Sequence record: MT446421.1 | Reading direction: 5' to 3' (one strand) | DNA: 64,000 nucleotides | From: Escherichia virus TH55 | Shown here: piece after piece, positions 62,007-64,000 of the stretch | How positions within the stretch are numbered: position 1 is the first letter of the stretch | Layout: the number at the start of each line of letters is the position of its first letter | Made by a program: the position numbers and the translations under genes | The notes under the pieces: generated by a model | What the model was told of the DNA's origin: nothing | Databases searched by the model: none | Seen by the model: the letters and a program-made list of their open reading frames with translations, nothing else

Positions 62007-63140
62007 TTAATAAACGTAATCGTATATAATACCAGTTTCTAAAGCGGTGCGATGAATAACTCGACCATTACGAGATTCTTGTACATCAACCTCTGGATAG
62101 TCGGTAATCATTTTTTGAAGTGTGTATCGGTGCAAATAATACGGGCTATCTGGGTCATCAGTTTTCCAGTCTTGTCCGGCAAGAGTCATTTTCTGAATTT
62201 CATCCATAACCCACCAACCACACCAGATATAAGCTGAATTACGTACTGGCAATGGGTGAATATATGGTAATTCGCCATCTGGAACTGGTGCGACTTTAGC
62301 CGTGACTGTTACATTACCAGTTTTGGTAACGGTTACAGGGTTATAATCTGTAGCAGATACAACAACAGAAACTTCAATTAACTGGGAACCTTCGGCGCTT
62401 GTATCGATTGCTAAAGTATCCGTGGTACCAGCGACTGGTGAACCATCTTTCTTCCAAGAATAGGCAAAAGTAGCACCAGCAGGCGCACCGGCTACAGTAG
62501 CTTTAAAAGAAGCCGGAGTTCCTTCAGGAACATTAATAGAGGTCGGTGCTAAAGTAACAGAAACACCCGACATAGTTTTCTTAACAAAAGTTACCGCAGC
62601 TCCTTTAGATGCGGTGCCATTATTATAATCGGGTGCAGAAACAGTAACTTCACAGTTCAATGTATAATTTGCTTCTGCTGATTCGGTGACGGTAATAGTT
62701 TTACCAGTTTGACCTGCGATTACGCTAGTGTTACGTTTCCAAACGTAAGCGATTGTTGCACCAGAAGGAGCGCCTGTCACGTTAGCAGTAACAACTTGAG
62801 ATTGTCCTATTTCTTTAGTAACAGAGGCTGGGTCTAAAGTCAGCGTGATTGCCGGCATTGTTTTATTCTGGATAGTTAAAGTCGTCTCAGCCTCAGCAGT
62901 TTCCGGTTCGCCGTCCGCTGGTGTAGTTGTTGCAACAACTTTAATAGTCTTACTGCCTGCTGGGCCAACAGCGACATAAGCCATTGCTGCAGTCACAGAA
63001 GATTGAGGAACGCCATCAACGGTCCATACAAATGATTCAACACCTTCAGCTGCAGCACCAGAGCCGGTTGCAGTGAAATTGGTTGTTGCTCCAATAACGG
63101 CCGTAGCCGCCAAAGGAGCAATAGCTACGGTATAAGCCAT
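62007..63140 (-). CDS. hoc: highly immunogenic outer capsid protein Hoc
   Basis: 377 aa; repeated Ig-like T/S/A/V-rich modules and C-terminal capsid-binding region; position after rnlB. Confidence 0.8.
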   Translation of the reverse strand: MAYTVAIAPLAATAVIGATTNFTATGSGAAAEGVESFVWTVDGVPQSSVTAAMAYVAVGPAGSKTIKVVATTTPADGEPETAEAETTLTIQNKTMPAITLTLDPASVTKEIGQSQVVTANVTGAPSGATIAYVWKRNTSVIAGQTGKTITVTESAEANYTLNCEVTVSAPDYNNGTASKGAAVTFVKKTMSGVSVTLAPTSINVPEGTPASFKATVAGAPAGATFAYSWKKDGSPVAGTTDTLAIDTSAEGSQLIEVSVVVSATDYNPVTVTKTGNVTVTAKVAPVPDGELPYIHPLPVRNSAYIWCGWWVMDEIQKMTLAGQDWKTDDPDSPYYLHRYTLQKMITDYPEVDVQESRNGRVIHRTALETGIIYDYVY

Positions 63141-63149
63141 AATAAACCC

Positions 63150-63818
63150 TTATTTTAAAGTGACAAAAGATGAGTTACGAGTTTCTCGTACTAGAACAGA
63201 CCCATTACGATTGATGTAATAAATCAAACTGAATAGGGTTTGATGTGCGGTGGGATGTGGGAAAGCAGTTGGACGTTCTTTCCAATCCGGAGTCTCAGAA
63301 ATCCACTGATAAATCCACCATGGAACAGTACAGAATCCAGGGTTCTTGCCAATAAGCATAAGATTTGGACTAAAGTTTTTTGGTAGAGCAAATACAGGTT
63401 TTTCAGATTCGATAACCTTAGCAACAGCTGCTTCGAACTTTTCTTCGATAAAAGGAACATCTTCTTCAACCAAAACTGTTGCAGGTTTTTCAATTTCTAC
63501 AACTTCAACCTTTGCTTCGGTCGGAGCATCAAATAATAGTTTGGCTTCTTCTTTAGCAGACTCATCGCCTTCGAATTTAGCACCAGATAATTCATCGTCG
63601 GCATCGATAAGGTCAGTGATGCTCAGACCTTCATTATCATCAGGCATAGGCATGTCAGCAAATGCTTTAAGTCCTGCTTCCAGGTCAGCCAACATATTAT
63701 CAAAGGTTTTTGTTTTCTTAACATCAACGCCAAGTGATGCTGCGTATTCGGCTAATTTTTCTTTAGCTTCTTTTTTCTCGAGGACACGAATTTCCTCAAT
63801 GTAGTTCTTGTCAATCAT
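63150..63818 (-). CDS. inh: prohead protease inhibitor Inh (by position)
   Basis: 222-aa acidic ORF immediately upstream of hoc as in T4. Confidence 0.55.
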   Translation of the reverse strand: MIDKNYIEEIRVLEKKEAKEKLAEYAASLGVDVKKTKTFDNMLADLEAGLKAFADMPMPDDNEGLSITDLIDADDELSGAKFEGDESAKEEAKLLFDAPTEAKVEVVEIEKPATVLVEEDVPFIEEKFEAAVAKVIESEKPVFALPKNFSPNLMLIGKNPGFCTVPWWIYQWISETPDWKERPTAFPHPTAHQTLFSLIYYINRNGSVLVRETRNSSFVTLK

Positions 63819-64000
63819 GATGAACCTCGGTTAGTGTATAAATATAGATATATTTATTACCTTGGAATCATCATGGATATTAAAATCAACTTTCTAAATT
63901 TTAGTCACGTGCATGTTGAATGTGAAGATGGAATCTTCTACGAACTCCGTGATTACTTCAGCTTCGAAGCTGAAAACTATCGCTTCAATCCAAAATTCAA

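Overview
This window reads as a contiguous piece of a T4-like (Tevenvirinae-type) myophage genome; identification rests on protein motifs and T4 gene order recalled from memory, not on a database search. Coordinates 1-28.2 kb are a minus-strand early, hyperplastic region: tk, rI, regB, denV, lysozyme e, nudE, many small unknown ORFs, several internal-protein-like genes with the MKTYQEF capsid-targeting leader, two tRNAs, then 57B (Acb1-like), 57A and genes 1, 3, 2, 4 with two HNH endonuclease insertions. Coordinates 28.3-60.2 kb are the plus-strand late structural module in T4 order: baseplate 53, 5, 5.1, 5.4, 6-12, wac, neck 13/14, 15, terminase 16/17, sheath 18, tube 19, portal 20, prohead core 67/68/21/22, major capsid 23, and two tandem gene 24 copies. 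The right end carries rnlB, hoc and inh on the minus strand. Regulatory signals are dense: TATAAATA late promoters before the structural operons, hairpin-plus-T-run terminators, and recurrent early-promoter/stem-loop cassettes before early genes. The most interesting unexplained content is a tandem array of five small paralogous genes with a conserved C-terminal W-x-SSS-x-C tail (14447-15709), alongside candidate anti-defense genes (internal-protein arrays, an Acb1-like 2H phosphoesterase, a macro-like domain, a nucleotidyltransferase-like ORF). No CRISPR array, rRNA or integrase was seen.
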